Below are positions 37,862-47,246 of a DNA stretch of 64,000 nucleotides, piece after piece. The position numbers and the translations under genes were made by a program. Origin of the DNA: Dehalococcoidia bacterium (lineage in GTDB: Bacteria > Chloroflexota > Dehalococcoidia > UBA2979); contig OZ219871.1 of NCBI GenBank assembly GCA_964291495.2, positions 864,001 through 928,000 of the forward strand, read 5' to 3'. The notes under the pieces were generated by a model, which searched no databases, had not been told where the DNA came from, and saw nothing but the letters and a program-made list of their open reading frames with translations. Position 1 is the first letter of the stretch. Each line of letters starts with the position of its first letter.

Positions 37862-38305
37862 GTGGTCATCGACGAGTCCGGACCGATGCGTCCGCTGCCC
37901 CTCCCGACGGATGACTCCGCCCCCTACTGGGAGGCGATGAACCGCCACGAGCTGCTGCTGCAGCGCTGCCTCGACTGCGACCGCGTGGTCTACCTGCCCG
38001 CCCCGATGTGCGACGAGTGCCAGTCCTTCAACCTCGAGCACTTCGTCTCCAGCGGGCGCGGGCACGTCTACAGCTGGACGGTGGTGCACAACATGGGGCA
38101 CCCCGCCTTCGTGCCGCCCTACGCCGTGCTGCTCGTCGAGGTCGAGGAGGGCCCGCGCATCCTCGCCCAGTTGCACGCACCCGAGGGCAACGAGTGGGAG
38201 CGGCTGGAGGTCGGCATGCCGGTGCGTGTCGCCTGGGACGAGAGCGAGCCGGAGCAGACCTTCGCGATCTTCGAGATCGACACCGAGGCGATCGAGGCGG
38301 CCTGA
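37862..38305 (+). CDS. DUF35 Zn-ribbon/OB-fold protein
   Basis: QRCLDC...CDEC, GRGHVYSWTV, VEVEEGPR. Confidence 0.9.
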   Translation: MVIDESGPMRPLPLPTDDSAPYWEAMNRHELLLQRCLDCDRVVYLPAPMCDECQSFNLEHFVSSGRGHVYSWTVVHNMGHPAFVPPYAVLLVEVEEGPRILAQLHAPEGNEWERLEVGMPVRVAWDESEPEQTFAIFEIDTEAIEAA

Positions 38306-38347
38306 TCGCCGCGCCGAGGAGCCCGCCGTAGCGACGGGGGAGCATCG

Positions 38348-39313
38348 ATGCACGTCCTGATCATCGGCGGCACGCGCTTCGTCGGACGGCACATCGGCGA
38401 GGAGCTGTTGGAGCAGGGGCACACGATCACGCTGCTCAACCGCGGCGTGACGCCGGACACGTTCCCGGCCGGGGTGGAGCGGCTGCGCGCGGACCGCAAC
38501 GAGCCGGAGCAGGTGCGAGCCGCCCTCGAGGGCCGCGACTTCGACGCGATCGTGGACTGCATCGCCTACCAGGCGGCGGAGGTCGCGCTGGTGATCGAGT
38601 TGTTCGCCGGCCGGATCGGGCGCTACGTCTACATCAGCAGCAGCTCGGTCTACCGGCCGAGCGATCTGCTGCCGATCGAGGAGACGCACCCGCTCAACGA
38701 CGGCACGGGCTGGGACTACGCGCGTGGCAAGATCGAGGTCGAGCGGCTGCTCGAACGGACGGCGACGGAGGCCTTCCCCTGGGTGAGCCTGCGGCCTGCC
38801 TACATCTTCGGCCCCTACAACAGCGCGGCGAACGCGGAGTTCTCGCTCTTCCAGCGGATCGAGCAGGGACGGCCCGTGCTGGTGCCGGGCGACGGCTACT
38901 TCTTCTTCCACCAGAGCCACGGCCGCGACCTGGCGCGCGCGACGATCGCGGCAATCGAACGCGACGAGGCCGTCGGCCACGCCTACAACATCAACGGGCG
39001 TTACGCGCAGTCCGGCAACGAGCTGGTGCAGGCGGCCGCGGCTGCGGTGGGCCGGGAGACGGAGATCGTCTACCTGCCCGACGCTACCCGGCGCAGCGAG
39101 GTGGGGCGCTACTTCTACTGGCAGACGCGCCCGGCGCAGGTCTACTCGACGGAGGCGGCGCGGCGCGACCTCGCCTGGGAGCCGCGCTTCGACATCCACG
39201 AGGGCATGCGCGACGCCTACCGCTGGTACCTCGAAAGCAACTACGCCGAGGCGCACCCGTACGACTTCAGCGCCCACGACGAGCTGCTGGAGCGCATGGC
39301 CGCGGAGGGGTAG
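38348..39313 (+). CDS. NAD-dependent epimerase/dehydratase family protein
   Basis: IIGGTRFVG, YISSSSVY, YARGK, LRPAYIFGP. Confidence 0.88.
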   Translation: MHVLIIGGTRFVGRHIGEELLEQGHTITLLNRGVTPDTFPAGVERLRADRNEPEQVRAALEGRDFDAIVDCIAYQAAEVALVIELFAGRIGRYVYISSSSVYRPSDLLPIEETHPLNDGTGWDYARGKIEVERLLERTATEAFPWVSLRPAYIFGPYNSAANAEFSLFQRIEQGRPVLVPGDGYFFFHQSHGRDLARATIAAIERDEAVGHAYNINGRYAQSGNELVQAAAAAVGRETEIVYLPDATRRSEVGRYFYWQTRPAQVYSTEAARRDLAWEPRFDIHEGMRDAYRWYLESNYAEAHPYDFSAHDELLERMAAEG

Positions 39314-39365
39314 GCGGGGCGGCTCAGGCGCTGCTCGGCGCTCGGCGCCCAGTCATGCTCCGTGG

Positions 39366-40295
39366 CTAATCGGTGCCTCGCAGGCGCGGGTCGAGCACGT
39401 CGCGGAGGGCGTCGCCGAACATGTTGAGGGCGTAGACGGAGATCGAGATCGCGAGGCCGGGGAAGAGCGCCAGGTAGGGGTGCAGCAGCATGTCCAGCTG
39501 CGCCTCGTTCAGCATCCGCCCCCACGACGGGTACGGGGGCTGCACCCCGAAGCCGAGGAACGAGAGCGCCGACTCGATCAGGATCACGGCGCCGAGCTGC
39601 ACCGAGATGTTGATGATGATCACGGTGAACACGTTGGGGAAGACGTGGCGGACCATGATCCGCCTGTTCGTCGCACCGACCACGCGAGCCGCCTCGACGT
39701 AGGTATTCTGCACCGTCGAGATCGTCTGGCTGCGCACCACGCGCGAGGAGCCGGCGCTAAACAGGAAGCCGAGGGTGAGCGCGAGCACCACCTGGCTGGC
39801 GAAGGAACCGCGCGCCACCGCCGTGAAGACCGAGAACAGGAAGATGATGAAGATCAGGCCGGGGAAAGCCTGCACGATATCGACGAAGCGCTGGAAGGTG
39901 AGGTCTACCTTCCCGCCGTAGTACCCGGACGAGATACCGACGAGACTGGAGAGGACCGCGGCGATGCCGACCGCGGCGAAGCCGATCAAGACCGAAGTGC
40001 GTGCGCCGAACAGCACGCGGCTGAACACGTCGCGCCCCTGCTTGTCGCTGCCGAAGAAGTGTTCCTGCGACGGTCCCTGGAGCCGGTTCAGCAGATCGAT
40101 TTCGTCGTACGCGGCCGTCGCGAAGGTACTGGGTGTGAGTGCGATGACGAACAGCGCGATCAGGACCAGCGCCGCGAACGTGCCGAGCGGCTTGCGGCGA
40201 ATGAAGGAGGACAGGGCGCGCCGGATGCGGGTGAATATGCCCTCGGTGGGACGGGCGAGGCCGATCGACCCGTTTGCGGTTTCGCCGGCAGCCAT
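39366..40295 (-). CDS. Dpp/Opp ABC permease (DppC-type)
   Basis: FGSDKQGRDVFSR, YVEAARVVGA, ESALSFLGFG, GDALRDVLDPR. Confidence 0.93.
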   Translation of the reverse strand: MAAGETANGSIGLARPTEGIFTRIRRALSSFIRRKPLGTFAALVLIALFVIALTPSTFATAAYDEIDLLNRLQGPSQEHFFGSDKQGRDVFSRVLFGARTSVLIGFAAVGIAAVLSSLVGISSGYYGGKVDLTFQRFVDIVQAFPGLIFIIFLFSVFTAVARGSFASQVVLALTLGFLFSAGSSRVVRSQTISTVQNTYVEAARVVGATNRRIMVRHVFPNVFTVIIINISVQLGAVILIESALSFLGFGVQPPYPSWGRMLNEAQLDMLLHPYLALFPGLAISISVYALNMFGDALRDVLDPRLRGTD

Positions 40296-41245
40296 TAGCT
40301 GTACCGGATCCGCGGGTCGATGAAGGCGTAGGAGAGGTCGACGATGAGGTTCGTGACCAGCACGAGCAGGGCGGCCAGCAGCACGATCGCCTGCACGGTC
40401 GGGTAGTCGCGTAGCCCGAGGGCTCCGATCAGGTAACGGCCCATTCCCGGCAGCGAGAAGATCGTTTCGAGCACGACGGTGCCACTGATCAGCACGCTGA
40501 CCTGCAGACCGATCACCGTGATCACGGGCAGCATGGCGTTGCGCATCGCGTGCCGCGCGATGACGATGCGTTCCGTGAGCCCCTTCGCCCGTGCCGTGCG
40601 GACGTAGTCCTGGCGCATTTCCTCCAGCATCGTCGAACGGGTAAGACGCATCACGGAGCCGGAGAGGAACGAGCCGAGGATGATGGCGGGCACCACCATG
40701 ATCTTGAAGTTCTCCAGCGGGTCATCCCAGGGGGTCTCATAACGCAGGGGCGAGGTCCAGTTGAACCACTCGAAGCCGTAGACGATCACCATCTGCCCGG
40801 CCCAGAAGCTGGGAATGGACAGCGCGAGGATCGCGAAGCTGCGCGTGATGTAGTCGATCGGCGTGTCCTGTTTGACGGCGGAGAGCACGCCGATCGGGAT
40901 CGCGATCGTGATCGAGTAGATCATCGCCATGATCCCAAGCTCGAAGGTGACGGGGATGCGATCCGTGAGCTGCTCCGTGACCGGCCGCCCGCTGGAGAAG
41001 GATGTGCCGAAGTCGAACCGGACCAAGCCGAACAGCCACTCCGCATAGGCCTGCGGGACACCCTGGTTGAGTTTCAGTCGTTCCTCCACGGAGGCGCGGA
41101 ACTCGGGCGAGGGATCGGCCTGATCCGAGATGATCTGATCGATGATGTCGCCCGGCAGCAGGCGCACGACGATGAAGACCGCGAGGGTGACCCCGAGGAA
41201 CGTGGGAATCAGCAGCAGGATGCGGCGCAGGATGTAGACGTGGAT
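40295..41245 (-). CDS. Dpp/Opp ABC permease (DppB-type), apparent ATC start
   Basis: QDYVRTARAKGL, DPRIRY; N-terminus (I)HVYILRRILLLIPT lies upstream of the first canonical start at 41167. Confidence 0.88.
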   Translation of the reverse strand: MHVYILRRILLLIPTFLGVTLAVFIVVRLLPGDIIDQIISDQADPSPEFRASVEERLKLNQGVPQAYAEWLFGLVRFDFGTSFSSGRPVTEQLTDRIPVTFELGIMAMIYSITIAIPIGVLSAVKQDTPIDYITRSFAILALSIPSFWAGQMVIVYGFEWFNWTSPLRYETPWDDPLENFKIMVVPAIILGSFLSGSVMRLTRSTMLEEMRQDYVRTARAKGLTERIVIARHAMRNAMLPVITVIGLQVSVLISGTVVLETIFSLPGMGRYLIGALGLRDYPTVQAIVLLAALLVLVTNLIVDLSYAFIDPRIRYS

Positions 41246-41410
41246 AGCGCGTCCCCTGTCTTGCCGGCGGCAGGCCGGCGCATTCTACCGGATCGCGGCG
41301 CTACCGACGCGCGAAGGCGCACTCGCAGTGCGCCGGAGCGCGCGGACGAGGAGCGACCCCCGTGAGTGGGGGCCGCTCCGCCATCGCCTCAGTCGGGTCG
41401 CGTCCGCGTC

Positions 41411-43273
41411 CTAGGCGTCTTCGTCGATCCACCACCACGGCCAGGCGAAGACCTGCTCGCCGCCGCGCCCGTTGCCGTTCCAGGCCTCGGGCTGCTGGAT
41501 GCGCTTGTTGAAGCCCTGCCAGCCGAGCTGCCAGACCACGCCCGGGATGTACCACATCGGCTCGATCAGCAGATCGCGCTGCATGTTGCGGATCTTCTCG
41601 TTGCGCGTCTCGGTGTCGATCTCGCTGTTGATGTCCGCCGCCGCGTCGAAGATCGCCTGGTCGTCCACCTTGCTGTGGTTGCGACCGGGGTCCTGCGGGT
41701 TCGTGAACATCGCCGTGAGGTAGTCCCCGTGGTCCGGGAACGCCTGCAGCTGGAAGGCGACACCGTCGAAGTCGCCGTGGAACGTCTTCGGCTGGTAGAC
41801 CGAGCGGTAGTCGTCGACCGTGGTCTGGAAGTCGATGCCGATCTCCCGCACGAGCTGCGGGATGATCTCCGCCTCGAGCTTCCAGGCCGTGCCGTACACC
41901 GTCGTGTAGTGGTACGGCACGGAGAAGCCGTCGCCCTGACCGGCGGCGTCGAGCAGCTTCTTCGCCTCGGCCAGGTCGTGGCGGACCCACTTGCCGATGG
42001 CCGGGTCGGTCTGCGGGTCGACCGACTGACCGGGGTAGCCCGCCGGGAGTGCGCCGTGCCACCCGACGCGGTTGGCGACGTCGAGGCCGATCGCCTCAAG
42101 GCCGCTGACGTTGTAGACCGCCTCGACCATGTCCTCTCGCTTGAGGGCGAGCGAGATGGCGTGGCGCACGCGCGAGTCGTCCCACGGCGCGGAGCCGTCG
42201 CGCGGCTCGCCGCGCGAGATGTAGCCCCAGCCGAGCTGCTTGCGCGGCTCGATGCGGCCGTCCGGGAAGCCCGAAATCAGGCCGGGAATGGCGTCCGGGC
42301 CGATCGTGCTGGCGTGGTCGATGTTCCCCGCCTGGAACTGGGTCAGCACCTGCGCCCGCTCCAGCACGAGATCCTCGACGGCGTCGAAGTAGGGCAGTGG
42401 GGCGTGGTAGTAGTTGGGGTTGCGGGCAACCTTCCAGTTGACGTCAACCCTGAACTCGTCCATCACGAACGGCCCGGTGCCGACCATCTCCACCGTCGGG
42501 TCGAAGGCCGTGCCGGTCTCGCGCGGCATGATGCACATGTTGAAGACATCGGCCATACGCCAGAGGGCGCGTGCGAACCTCGTGTTGAACCCGAGCACCA
42601 GGCTGTAGTCGTCCGGCGTCTCGACCGTCTCGACGAAGCCGAGCTGCTTGTGGTTCGGGGCAGGCTCGCCGCCCCCGGTGCCAAGGAAGCGCTCGAACGA
42701 GAAGGCGACGTCGCCGGAGTCGAGGCCGCGGTCCACCGGCGGCGAGAAGTGCGCGTCCTGGCGGAGGGTCGCACTCATGGTCAGGCCGTCCGGGGTGAAC
42801 TCCCACGTGTCGACGAGGTCACCCGTGTGCTCCGGATTCGGCGCGTTCTCGAACGTCGACGCGATCTGCTTGAACAGCATGCTGTAGATCATCGTCGAGG
42901 CGCCCTTGGTGGCGTGGCTCTGCGTGCGATACGGGTCCATCGTCTCGGGCGAGGCGCTGGCCGAGCGGCGGTAGGTCCCGCCCAGCCTGTCCAGACGGGC
43001 GTCCGGCGTCGGCGTCGCCGTGGTGGGCGGCGCCGGAGTAGCGGTCGCAGCCGCAGTGGCAGCGGCCGTCGCAGCCTCAGTCGCCGCAGCCGTTGGCGCG
43101 GCGGTCGCCGCAGCCGTCGGCGCGGCGGTGGCGGCCGGGGCGGGCGCCTCATCGTCGTCGTCGCCGCAGCCGATCAGGGCTGCGGCCGCGAGGCCGGCGC
43201 CGCCGATCACGCCGCCGCGCAGCGCGGTGCGCCTCGAAATGCGTGTGTGCAAGAAGCCGGGTCCTTCTGTCAT
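41411..43273 (-). CDS. family 5 ABC substrate-binding protein, Tat lipoprotein (copy 1)
   Basis: SRRTALRGG twin-Arg, LIGC lipobox, VGTGPF, RVRHAISLAL. Confidence 0.92.
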   Translation of the reverse strand: MTEGPGFLHTRISRRTALRGGVIGGAGLAAAALIGCGDDDDEAPAPAATAAPTAAATAAPTAAATEAATAAATAAATATPAPPTTATPTPDARLDRLGGTYRRSASASPETMDPYRTQSHATKGASTMIYSMLFKQIASTFENAPNPEHTGDLVDTWEFTPDGLTMSATLRQDAHFSPPVDRGLDSGDVAFSFERFLGTGGGEPAPNHKQLGFVETVETPDDYSLVLGFNTRFARALWRMADVFNMCIMPRETGTAFDPTVEMVGTGPFVMDEFRVDVNWKVARNPNYYHAPLPYFDAVEDLVLERAQVLTQFQAGNIDHASTIGPDAIPGLISGFPDGRIEPRKQLGWGYISRGEPRDGSAPWDDSRVRHAISLALKREDMVEAVYNVSGLEAIGLDVANRVGWHGALPAGYPGQSVDPQTDPAIGKWVRHDLAEAKKLLDAAGQGDGFSVPYHYTTVYGTAWKLEAEIIPQLVREIGIDFQTTVDDYRSVYQPKTFHGDFDGVAFQLQAFPDHGDYLTAMFTNPQDPGRNHSKVDDQAIFDAAADINSEIDTETRNEKIRNMQRDLLIEPMWYIPGVVWQLGWQGFNKRIQQPEAWNGNGRGGEQVFAWPWWWIDEDA

Positions 43274-43456
43274 GTTCTTCCCTCCCCGCGGGCGGCGGCG
43301 ACGGACTCTCGCCGCCAGTAGCGCAGAATCATACACGATACGCACCGCAGCGGGCAGCGGATCTGCGGGCCGCTTCAGGCACGGGGAACCGCATCCCCAC
43401 GCAGGGAAGACGGCCAGCCCTCGCGCGCGATGGGCAGCGCGCCCTCATGGGGAGCG

Positions 43457-45319
43457 CTACTCCTCGTTGACCCACCACCAGGGGAAGCCATAGGCCTGGT
43501 GGTCGCCGCGTCCGTTGCCGTGCCAGGCGTCGGGGATCCCGGCCCGCGGGCTGAGACCGACCCAGTCGAGCTGCCACCCAACAGAGGGAACGAACCACAT
43601 CGCGTCGGCCAGCAGATCGCGCTGGATGTTGCGGACCTTCTCGTTGCGCTCGTCGATGTCGAAGGTGGTGTTGATGTCGTCCACCGCAGCCCCGATCGCA
43701 GCGTCCTCGACCCTGTGGAGGTTGCCGCCGCTGGCGCCCGGGCTGGCGTAGAGGTCCGTCAGGAAGTCCTCCAGGCCGGGAAATACCTGCAACTGGAGGG
43801 CGATGCCCTCGTACACGCCCCGCGAGGTTTCCGGCACGTACTCGGAGGCGTAGTCCACGACGTTCGTCTTGAATGTGATGCCAATATCGCTGACGAGTTG
43901 CGGAATGATCTCCGTTTCCTGGATCCAGGCAGGGCCGAACGCCGCCGTGTAGTTGTATGGAACCTCGAAGCCGTCGCCGTATCCGGCGGCCTCCAGCAGT
44001 TTCCGCGCCTCCGCGACGTCGTACCTGATCCAGCGGCCGGTCTTCGCGTCGGTTCGCGGGTCCACCGATTGGCCCCTGAATCCGGCGGGCAGGATGTTGT
44101 GCCAGCCGACGCGGCTCGCGACCTCGAGGCCGACCTCCTCGAGCCCCTCGACGTTGTAGAGGGCGGTGATCATGTCGGCCCGGTTGAGGCTGAGTGAGAT
44201 CGCGCGGCGCACGCGCGCGTCGGCCCACGGCGCCGAGCCGTCGCGCGGCTCGCCGAACGAGAGGTAGACGAAGCCGAGCGCCTTGCGAGGCACAATGCGG
44301 CCCTCGGGATAGTTCTTGACGAGGGCGGGCACGAAGTCCGGGGTGGGCGTGATGAGCAGGTCGATCCCGCCCGCCTGGAACTGCGTGAGCGCGGTCAGCG
44401 GCTGAACGATCAGCTCGTGGACCGCGTCGAGATAGGGAACGTCGGGTCCGTTGAACCAGCCGGGGTTGCGGACCACCTTGAAGCTCACGTCCTGGACCAG
44501 CTCGTCCCAGATGAACGGGCCGCTCCCGACCATGGTCTGGGTGGGATCGAACGCGCTGCCCGTCTCGCGCGGCATGATGTGCATGTTGAACATGTCGGCC
44601 AGCCGCCAGAGGACGCGCGCGAGCGGCACCATGTTGAACGTCATGGTGCGCGCGTCCGGCGTCTCCATTCCCTGGATGAAATCCAGCTGGGAGGCGTTCG
44701 GCGCAGGATCGTGTCCGTTGAGGCCACGGAAGCGCTCGACCGAGAAGCGCACGTCCTCCGAGTCCACGGTGCGGTTGAGCGGGTTGGTGAACGTCGCGTT
44801 GGGAACAAGCGTCAGGTTCAGCCGGGCGCGGTCCGGTGTGAACTCCCAGGACTCGACGAGATCGCCGGCCATCTCCGGATTCGGCGCCTCGTCGAAGACC
44901 ACCGGGATCTGCGTGAAGAGCTTGCTATAGATGTAGGAGGCGGCGCCCTTGGTGGAGAAGTCCAGCGTGCGATGGGGGTCCAGGCTCGGGGGCGTGAACC
45001 ACTGGTGGATCCGGAAGATCCCGCCCCGCCGCGGTCCATCGGCGGCGACCGCCGGGCTCGGGGCCGCCGCCGGGGTCGCGGTCGGCGTCTCCGACCCCGA
45101 CTGGGTCTGCGTCGCCGTCACCGTCGCCGTCGAGGTCGCCGGCGCTGCCTGCCGCGTCGGGGCCGGTAGCGCGGCCGGCCCCTCGTCGTCGCCGTTGCCA
45201 CAGCCGATCAGCGCCGCCGCCGCGAGTCCGGCGCCGCCGATCGCACCGCCGCGAAGCGCCGCCCGCCTCGAGAGTCTCGAGTGCCAGAGCCCAAACAGGC
45301 GACTGCTGCCGGCGGTCAT
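43457..45319 (-). CDS. family 5 ABC substrate-binding protein, Tat lipoprotein (copy 2)
   Basis: SRRAALRGG, LIGC, VGSGPF; collinear with copy 1. Confidence 0.92.
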   Translation of the reverse strand: MTAGSSRLFGLWHSRLSRRAALRGGAIGGAGLAAAALIGCGNGDDEGPAALPAPTRQAAPATSTATVTATQTQSGSETPTATPAAAPSPAVAADGPRRGGIFRIHQWFTPPSLDPHRTLDFSTKGAASYIYSKLFTQIPVVFDEAPNPEMAGDLVESWEFTPDRARLNLTLVPNATFTNPLNRTVDSEDVRFSVERFRGLNGHDPAPNASQLDFIQGMETPDARTMTFNMVPLARVLWRLADMFNMHIMPRETGSAFDPTQTMVGSGPFIWDELVQDVSFKVVRNPGWFNGPDVPYLDAVHELIVQPLTALTQFQAGGIDLLITPTPDFVPALVKNYPEGRIVPRKALGFVYLSFGEPRDGSAPWADARVRRAISLSLNRADMITALYNVEGLEEVGLEVASRVGWHNILPAGFRGQSVDPRTDAKTGRWIRYDVAEARKLLEAAGYGDGFEVPYNYTAAFGPAWIQETEIIPQLVSDIGITFKTNVVDYASEYVPETSRGVYEGIALQLQVFPGLEDFLTDLYASPGASGGNLHRVEDAAIGAAVDDINTTFDIDERNEKVRNIQRDLLADAMWFVPSVGWQLDWVGLSPRAGIPDAWHGNGRGDHQAYGFPWWWVNEE

Positions 45320-45493
45320 GGCGCCCCCACCGAAGAAGTTACTACTGGGACAAGGTACCGCAATCGGGGACGCCTCACGTGGGTGGGCTGCAGCCAGGTG
45401 GCCGCAGCTGCCTCCTGCAGCGTTCGGTTGAGGCTCCGGCACCCCTGCGAGCGCCCGCTGCGCTAGCATGGCGCCCTCGCGAGAGGAGCGGCC

Positions 45494-46303
45494 ATGACCA
45501 GCGATGACAGCGCCAACTGGATCACGTTCGAGCACCGCGGACCGGTGACCATCATCCGGCTCAACCGGCCGGAGAAGCTCAACGCCTTCCACTTCACGAT
45601 GGACGAGACAATCGTGCGTTTCGTGCAGTCGCTCAACGCGGGGGAGTACGACACGCGCTGCCTGATCCTGACCGGCGAGGGTCGCGCCTTCTGCTCGGGC
45701 GCGGATGTCGGCTCCCTGGAGCAGCGCAGCAGCCTCAACACGGAGCGCAAGCCGCCCTGGCGGCCGCCGCACAGCGAGGTCAAGTCGCCGCGCGCGCTCC
45801 GCGACTGCGATGTGCCGGTGATCGGTGCGCTCAACGGCTACGCGGTGGGGCTGGGCTTCGGGCTCGCCCTCGCGACCGATCTGCGCATCGCCGGTGACGA
45901 CGCGCGCTTCCAGGTGGCTCAGCTCAAGCGAGGGCTCTTCGGTGACCACGGACTCGGGCACTTCCTGCCCCAGCAGCTGGGCCACCAGCGCGGTCTCGAA
46001 CTGATGCTGACGGCGCGGATGATCGAGGCGCAAGAGGCGCTGGAGCTCGGCCTCGTGCTCAAGGTGGTGCCGAAGGACGACTTGCTTGACGCGGCTCTGG
46101 AGCTGGCCGAGCAGATCGTGAGTGGCCCGCCGCTCGGCATCGCGGCCAGCAAGCGGGTCACCTACATGAACGACAACGACGACCTGCACCGCGTGATGGA
46201 CTACACCAGCCTCGCGATCGGGCACCTCTTCAACTCGGAGGATAACGCCGAGGGCATCCGCTCGTTCATGGAGCGGCGCGAGCCGCAGTTCCAGGGACGC
46301 TGA
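45494..46303 (+). CDS. enoyl-CoA hydratase/isomerase family protein
   Basis: LNRPEKLNA, AFCSGADV, NGYAVGLG, F.ERREPQFQGR. Confidence 0.92.
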   Translation: MTSDDSANWITFEHRGPVTIIRLNRPEKLNAFHFTMDETIVRFVQSLNAGEYDTRCLILTGEGRAFCSGADVGSLEQRSSLNTERKPPWRPPHSEVKSPRALRDCDVPVIGALNGYAVGLGFGLALATDLRIAGDDARFQVAQLKRGLFGDHGLGHFLPQQLGHQRGLELMLTARMIEAQEALELGLVLKVVPKDDLLDAALELAEQIVSGPPLGIAASKRVTYMNDNDDLHRVMDYTSLAIGHLFNSEDNAEGIRSFMERREPQFQGR

Positions 46304-46317
46304 CGCCCGCGAGCGCC

Positions 46318-46342
46318 GCGGGCGGGTGTGATGCCCGCCCGC
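46318..46342. terminator. GC-rich hairpin between convergent genes
   Basis: GCGGGCGGG-tgtgatg-CCCGCCCGC. Confidence 0.5.
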
Positions 46343-46348
46343 CGCTTG

Positions 46349-47149
46349 TTAGCCTCGCGTCTGCCTCCGCTGGCGCAGCCCGAAGCGCCAGACCAGCGCC
46401 AGCGCGGCGATCAGCCCCGCCGTGACGATCGCCACGGGAGCCGCGCCCGCAGCCCGGTCGGACCAGTCACCCTGCGCGGCGTCGCCCTCGAGGAGCGCGG
46501 GGCCGTGGCCGGACTTCGGCGGCGCCGGGGCGGCGGCCGTCGTGCGCGCCATCAGTTGGCGCGGCTCGGTGGAGCTCAGGTCCAGCTCCCAGACGAGCGC
46601 GCCGTCCTCGATGCGATCGGCGTTGTGCTCGGCCAGCGCACCCGGCAGCGCGATGCGGATCCGGAAGAAGGCGCCCTCCAGCAGCTCCGCGGGTGGAGGC
46701 TCGGCCGGCGCCGTTCCCTCGCCCGCCGCGACGGCAGCGACCATCGCGAAGGTCCAGCCGCCGGCGTCGTTGCGCTCGAGCGTGATGTCGCCGGACTCGC
46801 CGGCGCCCGCCCCGGCGCTCATCCCCGCGGTGATCAGGCCGAGTTGCGCCTCATTCGCGAACGGGATTCCCAACTCGATGCCGGTGAAGCCGTCCTGGCT
46901 GTACTGGCGTACCTCCACGTTGGGCGGCAGCTCCTCGGTCGGGACGAGCTCCTCGCTGCTGGCGCCGGTGAGCTCGGTGAACGCGTCGCTGATCGCAACG
47001 ACCGTGCCCACCACGCCCGAGCCGTCGTCGTTGATGCTGATCGAGAGTTCGTAGCGAAGGCACCCCGTCATCGCGAACGCCGTCATCGCCAAGAGCAGTG
47101 CGAGCCCCCGCAAGCGACGCGCTCCAGTCCCGATCGGTAACCGCGCCAT
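46349..47149 (-). CDS. LppM-like lipoprotein with C-terminal TM anchor
   Basis: MTGCLRYELSISINDDGSG, ALPG...HNAD...LVWEL. Confidence 0.75.
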   Translation of the reverse strand: MARLPIGTGARRLRGLALLLAMTAFAMTGCLRYELSISINDDGSGVVGTVVAISDAFTELTGASSEELVPTEELPPNVEVRQYSQDGFTGIELGIPFANEAQLGLITAGMSAGAGAGESGDITLERNDAGGWTFAMVAAVAAGEGTAPAEPPPAELLEGAFFRIRIALPGALAEHNADRIEDGALVWELDLSSTEPRQLMARTTAAAPAPPKSGHGPALLEGDAAQGDWSDRAAGAAPVAIVTAGLIAALALVWRFGLRQRRQTRG

Positions 47150-47246
47150 GGTCAGCCCCTCCCTGCCCCCGCTGCGCTTCCATCGTACGACGGGCGGGCG
47201 CCTCGATGGTTCGATGGCCATGGACAGCCCGGCGGGCGGAAGGAAG

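Noticed and set aside
45320-45493. TPP riboswitch before the binding-protein gene (minus strand CAGGGGTGCC)
   Set aside because: No CTGAGA or downstream ACCTGA/CGTAGG core
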